Numbered from the stretch's first letter, positions 41,809-51,064 are shown. The stretch: DNA of 64,000 nt from an uncultured Gammaproteobacteria bacterium (GCA_963792875.1 CAWBXV010000002.1:918335-982334); one strand, 5' to 3'. Notes: generated by a model from the sequence alone, not told the origin. Program-made: numbers and translations.

Positions 41809-41836
41809 TCGGGAGCCGATATCGGCGGGCTCCCGA
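41809..41836. other. 9-bp perfect stem-loop (TCGGGAGCC-N10-GGCTCCCGA) without a U tract
   Basis: Read directly from the sequence. Its arms carry the same GGGAGCC/GGCTCCC heptamer as the downstream 13-bp repeats and the SD region at 41658-41666. Confidence 0.7.
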
Positions 41837-41912
41837 TCGCCATGTCAAGCAGTTGACGTGCAGCCCTGATACGCATGGCATGGCGTATGACAAGGCGCCG
41901 CACAGGCTGTCA

Positions 41913-41990
41913 GAAGTGGCTCCCTGAAATGGCTCCCTGAAATGGCTCCCTGAAGTGGCTCCCTGAAGTGACTCCCTGAAGTGACTCCGG
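41913..41990. repeat. six head-to-tail 13-bp tandem repeats (consensus GAARTGRCTCCCT)
   Basis: The units are GAAGTGGCTCCCT, GAAATGGCTCCCT, GAAATGGCTCCCT, GAAGTGGCTCCCT, GAAGTGACTCCCT and GAAGTGACTCCGG. The 13-bp period is not divisible by 3. Confidence 0.95.
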
Positions 41991-42021
41991 GTGTTTTGAC
42001 AGTGAGCGTGAGATGACATAT

Positions 42022-42036
42022 CACCACTCAGTGGTG
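42022..42036. promoter_or_regulatory. perfect 7-1-7 palindrome CACCACT-C-AGTGGTG (possible operator)
   Basis: Read directly from the sequence, 32 bp from the end of the 13-bp repeat array. No cognate regulator is identified. Confidence 0.3.
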
Positions 42037-42330
42037 GCACCTCTGCAACATCCAATTTGATGCTCTGTTGAACGTCCGGGAGATGCCGGCCGGTCTTCTC
42101 CCGGTCGTTGCGGGAGTGGAGCAGCGACGGACCGATGACGCGGTTCCTCCTCCTGGTAGCCCTGCAACCCGAGCGATGTTCGGTCCTCGGTAAGCCAGCA
42201 TGCCGGGGTATGGCAGCGCTGTCTGTTGCGGCAGCCCTGGGCCGCATGCTGGTGCCCGCCGCGGTATCTCTGAGGCTGTAAGCGGTCTACCCCCGGCGGG
42301 AGCGGCTGGGGTCCGGTCATGGCGGCCGGC

Positions 42331-42374
42331 GCTGATCTGACCGCGCCGGGTTGCTGATCTGACCGCGCCGGGTT
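42331..42374. repeat. perfect 22-bp tandem duplication (GCTGATCTGACCGCGCCGGGTT x2)
   Basis: Copies at 42331-42352 and 42353-42374 are identical. The array ends 6 nt before the AAGGAGAGG ribosome-binding site of the glucan synthase gene. Confidence 0.95.
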
Positions 42375-42436
42375 GAAGCAAGGAGAGGTTCATAGCCATC
42401 AAAGAGTTCGGGTTTTTCGCACGTACGCGCAACGCG

Positions 42437-45400
42437 TTGCATAACGAGCAGGATACGGAGTTGCTGCGTTCAGAGCTGTTCAGTATCGAGCAGTTGAAGC
42501 GCCACGCAGCAACGCTGGCCGGCCAGCACCGTATCGATCGCGGCCCGGGGCCGGACAGGCTGCGGCCGCGGCTGGCGGACAATGAGCGCGTTCTGCTGGC
42601 GGCGTATGACGTCGTCACCGCCGCAGCCACCTCGGGACAGCGGATCGCACCGGCAGAGGCGTGGCTGCTCGACAATTTCTATCTCATCGAGCAGCAGGTC
42701 GGCCTGGCGCGTCGGCACCTGCCGGGCGACTACAGCCGGCAGTTGCCGCGACTGGCTGAGGGCATGGCGGCCGGCTTCCCGCGTATCTACGACCTGGCGC
42801 TGGAGTTGATCTCCCACATGGACGGGCGTATCGATAGCGACAACGCCACACAGTTCGTCGCCGCCTACCAGGCCGTCGAACCGTTGACGCTCGGTGAACT
42901 CTGGGCGTTCCCGATCATGCTGCAGCTGGCGCTGCTGGAAAACCTTCGCCGGGTCGGGCTGCGCATCGCCCGTCGGCGCGAGGAGCGCGATGCGGCCATC
43001 TGCTGGGCGGACCGTATGCTCGCGACGGCCGAAAGGGAGCCGAAACAGCTTATTCAGCTGCTCGCTGAGTTTGCCAACGCCGATGTACCGCTGACGGCGC
43101 CGTTTGTAGAGGAGTTTTACGCGAGACTCCAGGCCCAGGGGCCCGCCATGGCATTCGTTCAGACCTGGGTCGAGCAGAAGCTGCTCGAGCAGGGGGTGAC
43201 CGCGACGCAGTTGTCGGCGGCGGCGGGGCGGACGGCCGCGACCAACCAGATCTCCATCGCCAACAGTATCGGCAGTCTGCGCTTTATCGGCGCAATGGAC
43301 TGGAGGAATTACGTCGAGGCGCTCAGTGTCGTCGAACAGACACTGCGTGAAGATCCGGCGGGGATGCATGCCGGCCAGGATTTCGCCACCCGCGACCGCT
43401 ACCGGCACGTCATCGAGGACGTCGCGCGCGGCTGTGCCGGCAGCGAGCTGGCGGTAGCACGCGAAGCCATCGCGCTGGCGCAGGCTGCTGCCGAGCGACT
43501 GACTGCCAGCGACCGCAGCGCGCACGTCGGCTACTACCTGGTCGATCAGGGGCGGCAGAGTCTGGAGCGCGCGGTCGCTTGCCGCGTGCCGTGGACATTG
43601 CGGGTCACGCGGGCGAGCCGGCAATTCCGTTTGTTCTTCTACCTCGGCCCGATCCTGTTGCTCACTGTGCTGGCGACCGCGCTCGTGCTCGCCTCGTTGG
43701 AAGGATCCGGGCTGGCGGACTGGCGCTGCTGGTTCTTGGCGGTCACCGGTGTCATCGCCATGTCAGCGTTGGTGGTCCCGCTGGTGAACCAGTTCGTCAC
43801 GCTCGTGCTGCCGCCTCGCGCGCTGCCACGCATGGATTTTTCGGAGGGAATCCCCGCTGCTCACCGCACCATGGTGGTGGTTCCCACCCTGCTGAGCCAG
43901 CCCCGGGCGATCGATGATCTGGTGGAAGCCCTCGAGATTCGCTACCTCGGCAATCGCGATCCCAATCTGTTCTTTGCCCTGCTGACGGACTTCCCCGACG
44001 CGCCCGCGTGCACACTGCCGGACGACGAAGCCTTGCTCGCGCGTGCGCGCGCTGCGGTGCAGACGCTCAACGAAACCTATCGCGAGGACCGTCCCTGCAT
44101 CTTCTACCTGTTTCACCGCCCTCGGGTGTGGAATCCCTGCGAACGGGTGTGGATGGGCTACGAGCGCAAGCGCGGCAAGCTGGAGCAATTCAATGCCCTG
44201 CTGCGGGGCGGCGGGCAAAGTGCGTTTTCGGACATTGTCGGCGATGTGTCCAGCCTCGCTTCGATCAGGTACGTCATCACCCTCGATACCGACACGCAAC
44301 TGCCCCGCGACGCGGCCCGCACGCTGGTCGGTAACCTCGCTCATCCGCTCAATCGGCCGGTGTACGCCGCCGACAAGGGGCGCATTGTCGAAGGCTACGC
44401 GGTCCTGCAGCCGCGCGCCTCGATCAGCCTGACCAGCGCAGGCCAGTCGCGCTTTACCAAACTGTTCGCCGGCGAGTCCGGGATCGATCCCTACTCGCGG
44501 CAGGTTTCGGATGTCTATCAGGATGTTTTCGCGGAAGGATCGTTCATCGGCAAGGGCATCTACGACGTGGACGCGTTCCGTCAGGCTGTCGATGGGCGCT
44601 TTCCGGAGCATCTCATTCTCAGTCACGACCTGCTGGAAGGCGGCTACGCACGTTCGGCGCTGGTGTGCGATGTCGAGCTCATTGAAGAGCACCCCGCCAG
44701 TTACGCCATGGAAGTCAGCCGGCGACACCGGTGGATACGCGGCGACTGGCAGCTCGCCGGCTGGCTGCTGCCGCGCGTGCCCGGACCGGCAGGGTCGCAG
44801 GGCGCGAACGGGACGCGGCAGCCGAATCCGCTCTCTGCCTTGTCGGTGTGGAAACTGTTCGATAACCTGCGGCGCAGTCTCGTCTCGCCGTCGCTGTTTG
44901 CCCTGCTGGCAGGCGGCTGGCTGTTTGAGCTGGGGTCGGCCTGGTTCTGGACCCTGCTGGTCGTCGCGGTGGTGTTCCTGCCCACCTTGCTGGGCACGGC
45001 GATCGAACTCATCCGCAAGCCCGAGGAGCGCGACTGGCGGGTACATCTGGTCCTGACGGGCCGATCCGCCGGCCGCCCCATCACGCTGGCGCTGCTGACG
45101 CTGGTCCTGCTGCCCTATGACGCGCTGATCTGCCTGGATGCGATCTGGCGCTCGGGCGTGCGCATGCTGTTCACCCGCCGCGGGTTGTTACTCTGGCAAC
45201 TGCCCTCCTATGCCGGCCGCAACGCGTGCCGCACGCTCGCCGATTTCTGCCGGGAGATGTGGAGCGCGCCCGCAGTGGCGATGCTGCTGGCCGTTGCGCT
45301 GTGGCAGGGCCGCCCCGCGGAGTGGCTCTGGTGGGCGCCGGTCTTAGGCGCCTGGCTGGTATCGCCCGTCATCGGCTGGTGGATCAGCAGGCCGCTGATT

Positions 45401-48400
45401 GCCCCCGCACCGGACCTGACAGTTGAGCAACGCGCGTTCCTGCGCGCATCGGCCCGGCGAACCTGGCGCTTTTTCGCCGAGTTCGTCGGTCCGCAGGACA
45501 ACTGGCTGCCGCCGGACAACTTCCAGGAATATCCGGCGCCGGTCATCGCCTCGCGGACCTCACCGACCAACATCGGCATGGCGTTGCTGGCCAATCTGGC
45601 AGCGTACGATTTCGGCTACATCTGTGCCGGAGAGTTGCTGCGTCGCACCGGGAACACGCTGGCCACGATGGCAAAGCTGGAGCGCTACCGCGGCCATTTC
45701 TACAACTGGTACGACACCCGCACCCTGACACCGTTGCGCCCGCAATACGTCTCTTCGGTGGACAGCGGCAACCTGGCCGGCAGCCTGCTCACGCTGCAGG
45801 CGGGCCTGGCCGAGTTGCGGGACCAGCCAGTGTTGTCCGCCGGCGCCTTCCGGGGCTTGCAGGACACGCTGCGGGTTCTTGCCGAACAACTGCCCGCGTC
45901 GATAGTCCCGGACCTCGCCAGGCAGGTCAGGTTGCTGGAGGACACGCTCCACCCGCTCACACTGGACGGACCGCCACAGACCCTGCTTGCCGCCGACACC
46001 CTGCTGGATAAGATTCACAGTGTCGCCGGGGGTCTGGTTGCATGGCTGCCAGCGGATGTGGATGGCGAAGTGCATTACTGGGCGCAGGCATTCGACCAGC
46101 AAGTCCGCGCCCTGCGCGACGACCTTGGATTGCTGGTGCCCGCGCCCCGGCTTCGCAACGGCATCCCGACGCTGGTGGAACTGGCCAGAGACAGCGCAGC
46201 CGATGGTGCAACCCGCTCCTCAGCCGGTGCTGTTGCGGTGCCCCGTTATCGAGGCGCAGTGGAGCGGCTCAGGGTCATCGACGATCTGGTGGCCCGCTGT
46301 CGCGAACTGGCGGTGATGGATTTTGAATTTCTCTACGATTCGTCGCGGGGCTTGCTGGCCATAGGCTACGACGTGGGCGAGCGTCGCCGGGACCCATCCT
46401 GCTACGACCTGCTGGCATCCGAGGCGCGCCTGGCCAGCTTTCTGCTGATCGCGCAGGGACAGGTTCCACAGAAGCACTGGTTCGCACTCGGCCGTCTGCT
46501 GACAAGTCATGGCGGCGATTTGAGCCTGCTTTCGTGGAGCGGCTCGATGTTCGAATACCTCATGCCGCAGCTGATTATGCCCAGCTATGAGAACACCTTG
46601 CTGGAGCAGACCTGCCAGGCCGCGGTCGCGCGGCAGATCGAATACGGCCGGCAACGCGCTGTGCCCTGGGGCATCTCCGAGTCCTGCTATAACGCTACCG
46701 ATATGCACCAGGTGTACCAGTATCGAGCGTTCGGCGTGCCCGGCCTGGGCTTCAAGCGCGGGCTGGGAGACGACCTGGTCATCGCGCCCTATGCCAGCGC
46801 GCTGGCGCTGACGGTGATGCCGCGCGACGCCTGTCGCAACCTGCAGGCACTCGCCGCCGAGGGTTTCCTTGGCGCCTATGGCTTCTATGAGGCAGTCGAC
46901 TACACGCCAGCGCGCGTGCCGCGAGGCAAGCATCACGCCATCGTGCGCACTTTCATGGCGCACCACCAGGGCATGAGCCTGCTGGCCTTCGAACACGTCC
47001 TGCTCAAACAGCCGATGCAGCGCCGCTTCCTGGCTGACCCGCTGCTGCGGGCGACGCAATTGTTGCTGCAGGAGCGGGTGCCGAAGCAGGGCGCCACCCT
47101 GCACCCGCACGCCGCCGAAGTGAGCGCCGCGGCGCGCCCGGCGGCCGGGGAAGCGGATGCCATGATACGGGTGTTCAACGACCCCGACACGCCGATACCT
47201 GAAGTGCACCTGTTGTCCAACGGCAGCTACCACGTTATGGCGACCCAGGCTGGTGGCGGCTACAGCCGCTGGCGCGACCTGGCCGTCACGCGCTGGCGCG
47301 AGGACGCCACTTGCGATTGCTGGGGCACATTCATTTATCTGCGCGAGCCCGAAACGGGGCGTTACTGGTCGGCCGCGCATCAGCCGACGCGGCGCAGGGC
47401 CGATCACTACGAGGCCATCTTTGTGCAGGGTCGCGCGGAATACCGGCGGCGCGATCAGGCCATCGAAACGCACACGGAGATCAGCGTTTCACCCGAAGAC
47501 GATGTCGAGATCCGCCGGGTCACGCTCACCAACCTGTCCTCGCGCACCCGCCACATAGAGGTAACGAGTTACGCGGAGGTGGTGCTGGCGCCCTTGAACG
47601 CCGACCTGGCTCACCGCGCTTTCAGCAATCTGTTCGTGCAGACCGAGATTCTGCCCGACCGGCAGGCGATTCTCTGCACCCGGCGGCGGCGCACACCGGG
47701 GGAACAGGTGCCCTGGATGTTTCACCTGCTGGCCGTGCCGGGTGCGATCGCCGATGAGCCGTCTTACGAGACTGACCGCGCCAGGTTCATCGGGCGGGGT
47801 CGAACGGCGGCCAACCCGGTCGCACTGGACCGCAGTGACACCCCGTCGACGCTGTCGAACACCGACGGTTCGGTACTCGATCCTGTGGTCGCGATCCGCC
47901 GCACCATCACTTTGCTACCCGACGAGTCGGCGAGAGTGCAGATCATCTCCGGTGTCGCGGACACGCGCGAGGCGGCACTGGCGGTGTTGGAGAAGTATTG
48001 TGACCGGCACTTCGTTGAGCGTGCCTTCGAGATGGCCTGGTTCCAGAGTCAGGACGTGCTCCGCTACCTCAACCTGAGCGAGGCCGACGCGCAGGTTTAC
48101 GGTCGCCTGGCAGGCTCGGTCATTTACGGCAGCGCTCAGCGCCGGGCAGCGCCCAGCGTCATCGCCCGCAACCAGCTTGGTCAGTCCGGGCTCTGGAGCT
48201 TTGCCGTCTCGGGCGATTTGCCGATCGTCCTGGTGCGCATCGGCGACCTGAACCGCATCGGCCTGGTCAGGCAGGCCCTGCAAGCCCACGCCTATTGGCG
48301 GATGAAGGGTTTGACGGCGGATCTGGTGATTGTGAACGAGGATTTCTCCGGATACCGGGCCGTTCTCCAGGACCAGATCACGGGCCTGATCAATGCGGGT

Positions 48401-51064
48401 CCCGAGGCGCAGATTGTCGACAAATCGGGCGGGGTTTTCCTGCGGCGCGCCGAAGAGCTTTCCGCGGAGGCGCGGGTGCTGTTCCAGGCTGTCGCCCGGG
48501 TCGTACTCAACGATTCCGCCGAGACACTGGTTGAGCAGGTGGAGCGCCGCGTCTCGGCAGAGCGCTTGCCGGGGCGCCTCGAGCCCGTGCAGCAGGCGGC
48601 GCTTGAACCGGTCCACCCGCTGCTGCAGCGCGAACGCATTTTCTGCAACGGCCTGGGTGGGTTCACGCCCGACGGACGCGAATACGTCGTCACGCTCGAG
48701 CCGGGGCAGAGCACGCCGGCGCCGTGGGTCAATGTCATCGCCAGCCCGCATATTGGCACTGTGATCAGCGAGAGCGGCAGCGCTTACACCTGGGTGGAAA
48801 ACGCGCACGAGTTCCGGCTGACCCCCTGGCACAATGACCCGGTTGGCGACGGCAGCGGCGAGGCGCTGTACATCCGCGACGAGGAAACGGGTGCCTTCTG
48901 GTCGCCGACGCCGCTGCCCGCCTGCGGCCAGTCCGGGTACGTGTGCCGGCACGGCTTCGGGTACAGCGTGTTCGAGCATTACCAGGCCGGCATCTCGTCT
49001 GAAATGTTCACCTACGTCGCCATGGACGCGCCGGTGAAGTTTGTGGTGCTCAAGCTGCGCAACCATGCCAGGCGGTCGCGCCGCTTGTCGCTGACGGGGT
49101 ACTGGGAACTGGTGCTCGGTGAGTGGCGGCACGCCAATCTGATGCACATCATTACTGAAACGGACCCGCACAGCGGGGCGTTGTTCGCGCGCAATGCCTA
49201 TGGCCGCGAATGCGCTGATCGGGTCGTCTTTGCGCAGGTCAGCGAGCTGGAGCGCTCGGTGACCGGAAACCGTACCGAGTTCATCGGCCGCAATGGCTCG
49301 CTGGCCAGCCCGGCGGCTATGCGCCGCGGGCGACTGTCGGGCCGGGCGGGGGCGGGCCTTGACCCGTGCGCCGCGATACAGACCCCGATCGAACTGGCCG
49401 AGGGGCAGGAGCGCGAGATCGTGTTCGTATTCGGGGCGGCCCGCAACGCCGACGAAGCGCGGCACTTCATTGAGCGATTCGGCAGACCGGCTGGCGCAAG
49501 GCAGGCCCTGGAAGCGGTGTGGGAACACTGGAACCACACCTTGGGCGCGATCCACGTGGAGACGCCGGACCCGGCGCTGGACGTGCTGGCCAACGGCTGG
49601 CTGGTCTACCAGACGCTGTCCTGCAGGCTCTGGGGTCGCAGCGGGTATTACCAGTCCGGTGGTGCCTATGGCTTCCGTGACCAGTTGCAGGACACCATGG
49701 CGCTGATCCATGCGACACCGTGGCTCGCCCGCGAGCAGTTGATCCGCTGCGCCGCACGCCAGTTCCTCCAGGGTGACGTGCAGCACTGGTGGCATCCGCC
49801 GAACGGCCAGGGCGTGCGCACCCACTTCTCCGATGACTATCTGTGGCTGGCCTATGCGACCTGCCGTTATGTGCGGGCGACCGGCGATACAGGCGTACTC
49901 GACGAGACAGTGCACTTTCTGGAGGGGCGCGACCTGAGCCCCGAAGAGGAGGCTTACTACGACCAGCCGCAGCGTTCGGTGGAGGCGGCGAGCCTGTACG
50001 AGCATTGCGTGCGTTCAATTGAACACGGTCTGCGCTTTGGCGAGCATCAAATGCCGCTGATGGGCTGCGGCGACTGGAATGACGGCATGAATCTCGTCGG
50101 TCGTGACGGCAAGGGCGAGAGCGTCTGGTTGGCGTGGTTTCTGTACGAGAACCTGCAGCTGTTTGCCGAACTGGCTCGCGGCCGGGGCGATACGGCCTTT
50201 GCCGGGCAGTGCAGCGCTCAGGCGGCACAATTGCGCGGGAATATTGCGGCCAAGGCCTGGGACGGCGGCTGGTATCGGCGGGCCTGGTTCGACGATGGCA
50301 CGCCGCTGGGCTCGTCCGCGAACGACGAGTGCCAGATCGATTCGATCAGCCAGAGCTGGGCGGTCATTTCCGGTGGTGGCGAGCCCAGGCGCGCGCGCCA
50401 GGCCATGGCGGCAGTGGACCAACGCCTGGTGCGGCGCGATGCGCGGTTGATCCAGCTGCTCGACCCGCCCTTCGCTACCTCATCGCTGGAGCCCGGTTAT
50501 ATCAAGGGCTACGTGCCCGGCGTGCGCGAAAACGGCGGGCAGTATACCCATGCCGCGATCTGGGCCACGATGGCTTTTGCCATGCTCGGGGACCGGGAGC
50601 GCGCGTGGGAATTGTTCGCCATGCTCAATCCCGTCAATCACGGCAGCCAAGCGGATGAGATCGAACGCTACAAGGTAGAGCCCTACGTCATGTGCGCAGA
50701 TATCTACGCGGCGCCGCCACACACCGGCCGGGGCGGCTGGACCTGGTACACCGGGGCCGCGGGCTGGATGTACCGGCTGATCGTGGAAACACTGCTGGGC
50801 CTGCATCTGGAAGTGGATCATCTGCGCATTGCACCGCGTATTCCAGCCCATTGGTCGTCGTACACGATGCACTACCGCTATCGCGAAACGGTTTACCACA
50901 TCGAAGTAATGCGCGTCAGTGAAGAGCCGCAGCACGCCATCCGCGTGATGCTGGATGGTGCCGCGGTAGCGGGCGCCGGCACCGACGGTGCGGGGCAGGC
51001 GCAGGGCATGATTCCCCTGGTGGACGACCGCCGGGAACACCAGGTCGAGGTCTATTTGAACTGA
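42437..51064 (+). CDS. cgs: cyclic beta-1,2-glucan synthase (Cgs/ChvB/NdvB-type; GT84 glycosyltransferase + cyclisation domain + tandem GH94 phosphorylase-like domains)
   Basis: 2875-aa single ORF. The N-terminus (LRSELFSIEQLKRHAATLA) and the GT84 core (VVVPTLLS, GNRDPNLFFALLTDFPDA, YERKRGK, ITLDTDTQLPRD) match the family. TM clusters and a beta-1,2-glucanase-like cyclase region (PPDNFQEYP...SPTNIGM, SVDSGNLAG) follow. GH94-like C-terminal modules (YGFRDQLQD, HWWHP) complete it. The true start may lie upstream of the TTG at 42437. Confidence 0.92.
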   Translation: MHNEQDTELLRSELFSIEQLKRHAATLAGQHRIDRGPGPDRLRPRLADNERVLLAAYDVVTAAATSGQRIAPAEAWLLDNFYLIEQQVGLARRHLPGDYSRQLPRLAEGMAAGFPRIYDLALELISHMDGRIDSDNATQFVAAYQAVEPLTLGELWAFPIMLQLALLENLRRVGLRIARRREERDAAICWADRMLATAEREPKQLIQLLAEFANADVPLTAPFVEEFYARLQAQGPAMAFVQTWVEQKLLEQGVTATQLSAAAGRTAATNQISIANSIGSLRFIGAMDWRNYVEALSVVEQTLREDPAGMHAGQDFATRDRYRHVIEDVARGCAGSELAVAREAIALAQAAAERLTASDRSAHVGYYLVDQGRQSLERAVACRVPWTLRVTRASRQFRLFFYLGPILLLTVLATALVLASLEGSGLADWRCWFLAVTGVIAMSALVVPLVNQFVTLVLPPRALPRMDFSEGIPAAHRTMVVVPTLLSQPRAIDDLVEALEIRYLGNRDPNLFFALLTDFPDAPACTLPDDEALLARARAAVQTLNETYREDRPCIFYLFHRPRVWNPCERVWMGYERKRGKLEQFNALLRGGGQSAFSDIVGDVSSLASIRYVITLDTDTQLPRDAARTLVGNLAHPLNRPVYAADKGRIVEGYAVLQPRASISLTSAGQSRFTKLFAGESGIDPYSRQVSDVYQDVFAEGSFIGKGIYDVDAFRQAVDGRFPEHLILSHDLLEGGYARSALVCDVELIEEHPASYAMEVSRRHRWIRGDWQLAGWLLPRVPGPAGSQGANGTRQPNPLSALSVWKLFDNLRRSLVSPSLFALLAGGWLFELGSAWFWTLLVVAVVFLPTLLGTAIELIRKPEERDWRVHLVLTGRSAGRPITLALLTLVLLPYDALICLDAIWRSGVRMLFTRRGLLLWQLPSYAGRNACRTLADFCREMWSAPAVAMLLAVALWQGRPAEWLWWAPVLGAWLVSPVIGWWISRPLIAPAPDLTVEQRAFLRASARRTWRFFAEFVGPQDNWLPPDNFQEYPAPVIASRTSPTNIGMALLANLAAYDFGYICAGELLRRTGNTLATMAKLERYRGHFYNWYDTRTLTPLRPQYVSSVDSGNLAGSLLTLQAGLAELRDQPVLSAGAFRGLQDTLRVLAEQLPASIVPDLARQVRLLEDTLHPLTLDGPPQTLLAADTLLDKIHSVAGGLVAWLPADVDGEVHYWAQAFDQQVRALRDDLGLLVPAPRLRNGIPTLVELARDSAADGATRSSAGAVAVPRYRGAVERLRVIDDLVARCRELAVMDFEFLYDSSRGLLAIGYDVGERRRDPSCYDLLASEARLASFLLIAQGQVPQKHWFALGRLLTSHGGDLSLLSWSGSMFEYLMPQLIMPSYENTLLEQTCQAAVARQIEYGRQRAVPWGISESCYNATDMHQVYQYRAFGVPGLGFKRGLGDDLVIAPYASALALTVMPRDACRNLQALAAEGFLGAYGFYEAVDYTPARVPRGKHHAIVRTFMAHHQGMSLLAFEHVLLKQPMQRRFLADPLLRATQLLLQERVPKQGATLHPHAAEVSAAARPAAGEADAMIRVFNDPDTPIPEVHLLSNGSYHVMATQAGGGYSRWRDLAVTRWREDATCDCWGTFIYLREPETGRYWSAAHQPTRRRADHYEAIFVQGRAEYRRRDQAIETHTEISVSPEDDVEIRRVTLTNLSSRTRHIEVTSYAEVVLAPLNADLAHRAFSNLFVQTEILPDRQAILCTRRRRTPGEQVPWMFHLLAVPGAIADEPSYETDRARFIGRGRTAANPVALDRSDTPSTLSNTDGSVLDPVVAIRRTITLLPDESARVQIISGVADTREAALAVLEKYCDRHFVERAFEMAWFQSQDVLRYLNLSEADAQVYGRLAGSVIYGSAQRRAAPSVIARNQLGQSGLWSFAVSGDLPIVLVRIGDLNRIGLVRQALQAHAYWRMKGLTADLVIVNEDFSGYRAVLQDQITGLINAGPEAQIVDKSGGVFLRRAEELSAEARVLFQAVARVVLNDSAETLVEQVERRVSAERLPGRLEPVQQAALEPVHPLLQRERIFCNGLGGFTPDGREYVVTLEPGQSTPAPWVNVIASPHIGTVISESGSAYTWVENAHEFRLTPWHNDPVGDGSGEALYIRDEETGAFWSPTPLPACGQSGYVCRHGFGYSVFEHYQAGISSEMFTYVAMDAPVKFVVLKLRNHARRSRRLSLTGYWELVLGEWRHANLMHIITETDPHSGALFARNAYGRECADRVVFAQVSELERSVTGNRTEFIGRNGSLASPAAMRRGRLSGRAGAGLDPCAAIQTPIELAEGQEREIVFVFGAARNADEARHFIERFGRPAGARQALEAVWEHWNHTLGAIHVETPDPALDVLANGWLVYQTLSCRLWGRSGYYQSGGAYGFRDQLQDTMALIHATPWLAREQLIRCAARQFLQGDVQHWWHPPNGQGVRTHFSDDYLWLAYATCRYVRATGDTGVLDETVHFLEGRDLSPEEEAYYDQPQRSVEAASLYEHCVRSIEHGLRFGEHQMPLMGCGDWNDGMNLVGRDGKGESVWLAWFLYENLQLFAELARGRGDTAFAGQCSAQAAQLRGNIAAKAWDGGWYRRAWFDDGTPLGSSANDECQIDSISQSWAVISGGGEPRRARQAMAAVDQRLVRRDARLIQLLDPPFATSSLEPGYIKGYVPGVRENGGQYTHAAIWATMAFAMLGDRERAWELFAMLNPVNHGSQADEIERYKVEPYVMCADIYAAPPHTGRGGWTWYTGAAGWMYRLIVETLLGLHLEVDHLRIAPRIPAHWSSYTMHYRYRETVYHIEVMRVSEEPQHAIRVMLDGAAVAGAGTDGAGQAQGMIPLVDDRREHQVEVYLN

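Noticed and set aside
41913-41990. The possibility that the 13-bp array is a CRISPR array or a coding repeat.
   Set aside because: The units are directly adjacent with no spacers, and 13 bp is far shorter than CRISPR repeats. The period is not divisible by 3, so a protein repeat would change frame at every unit.
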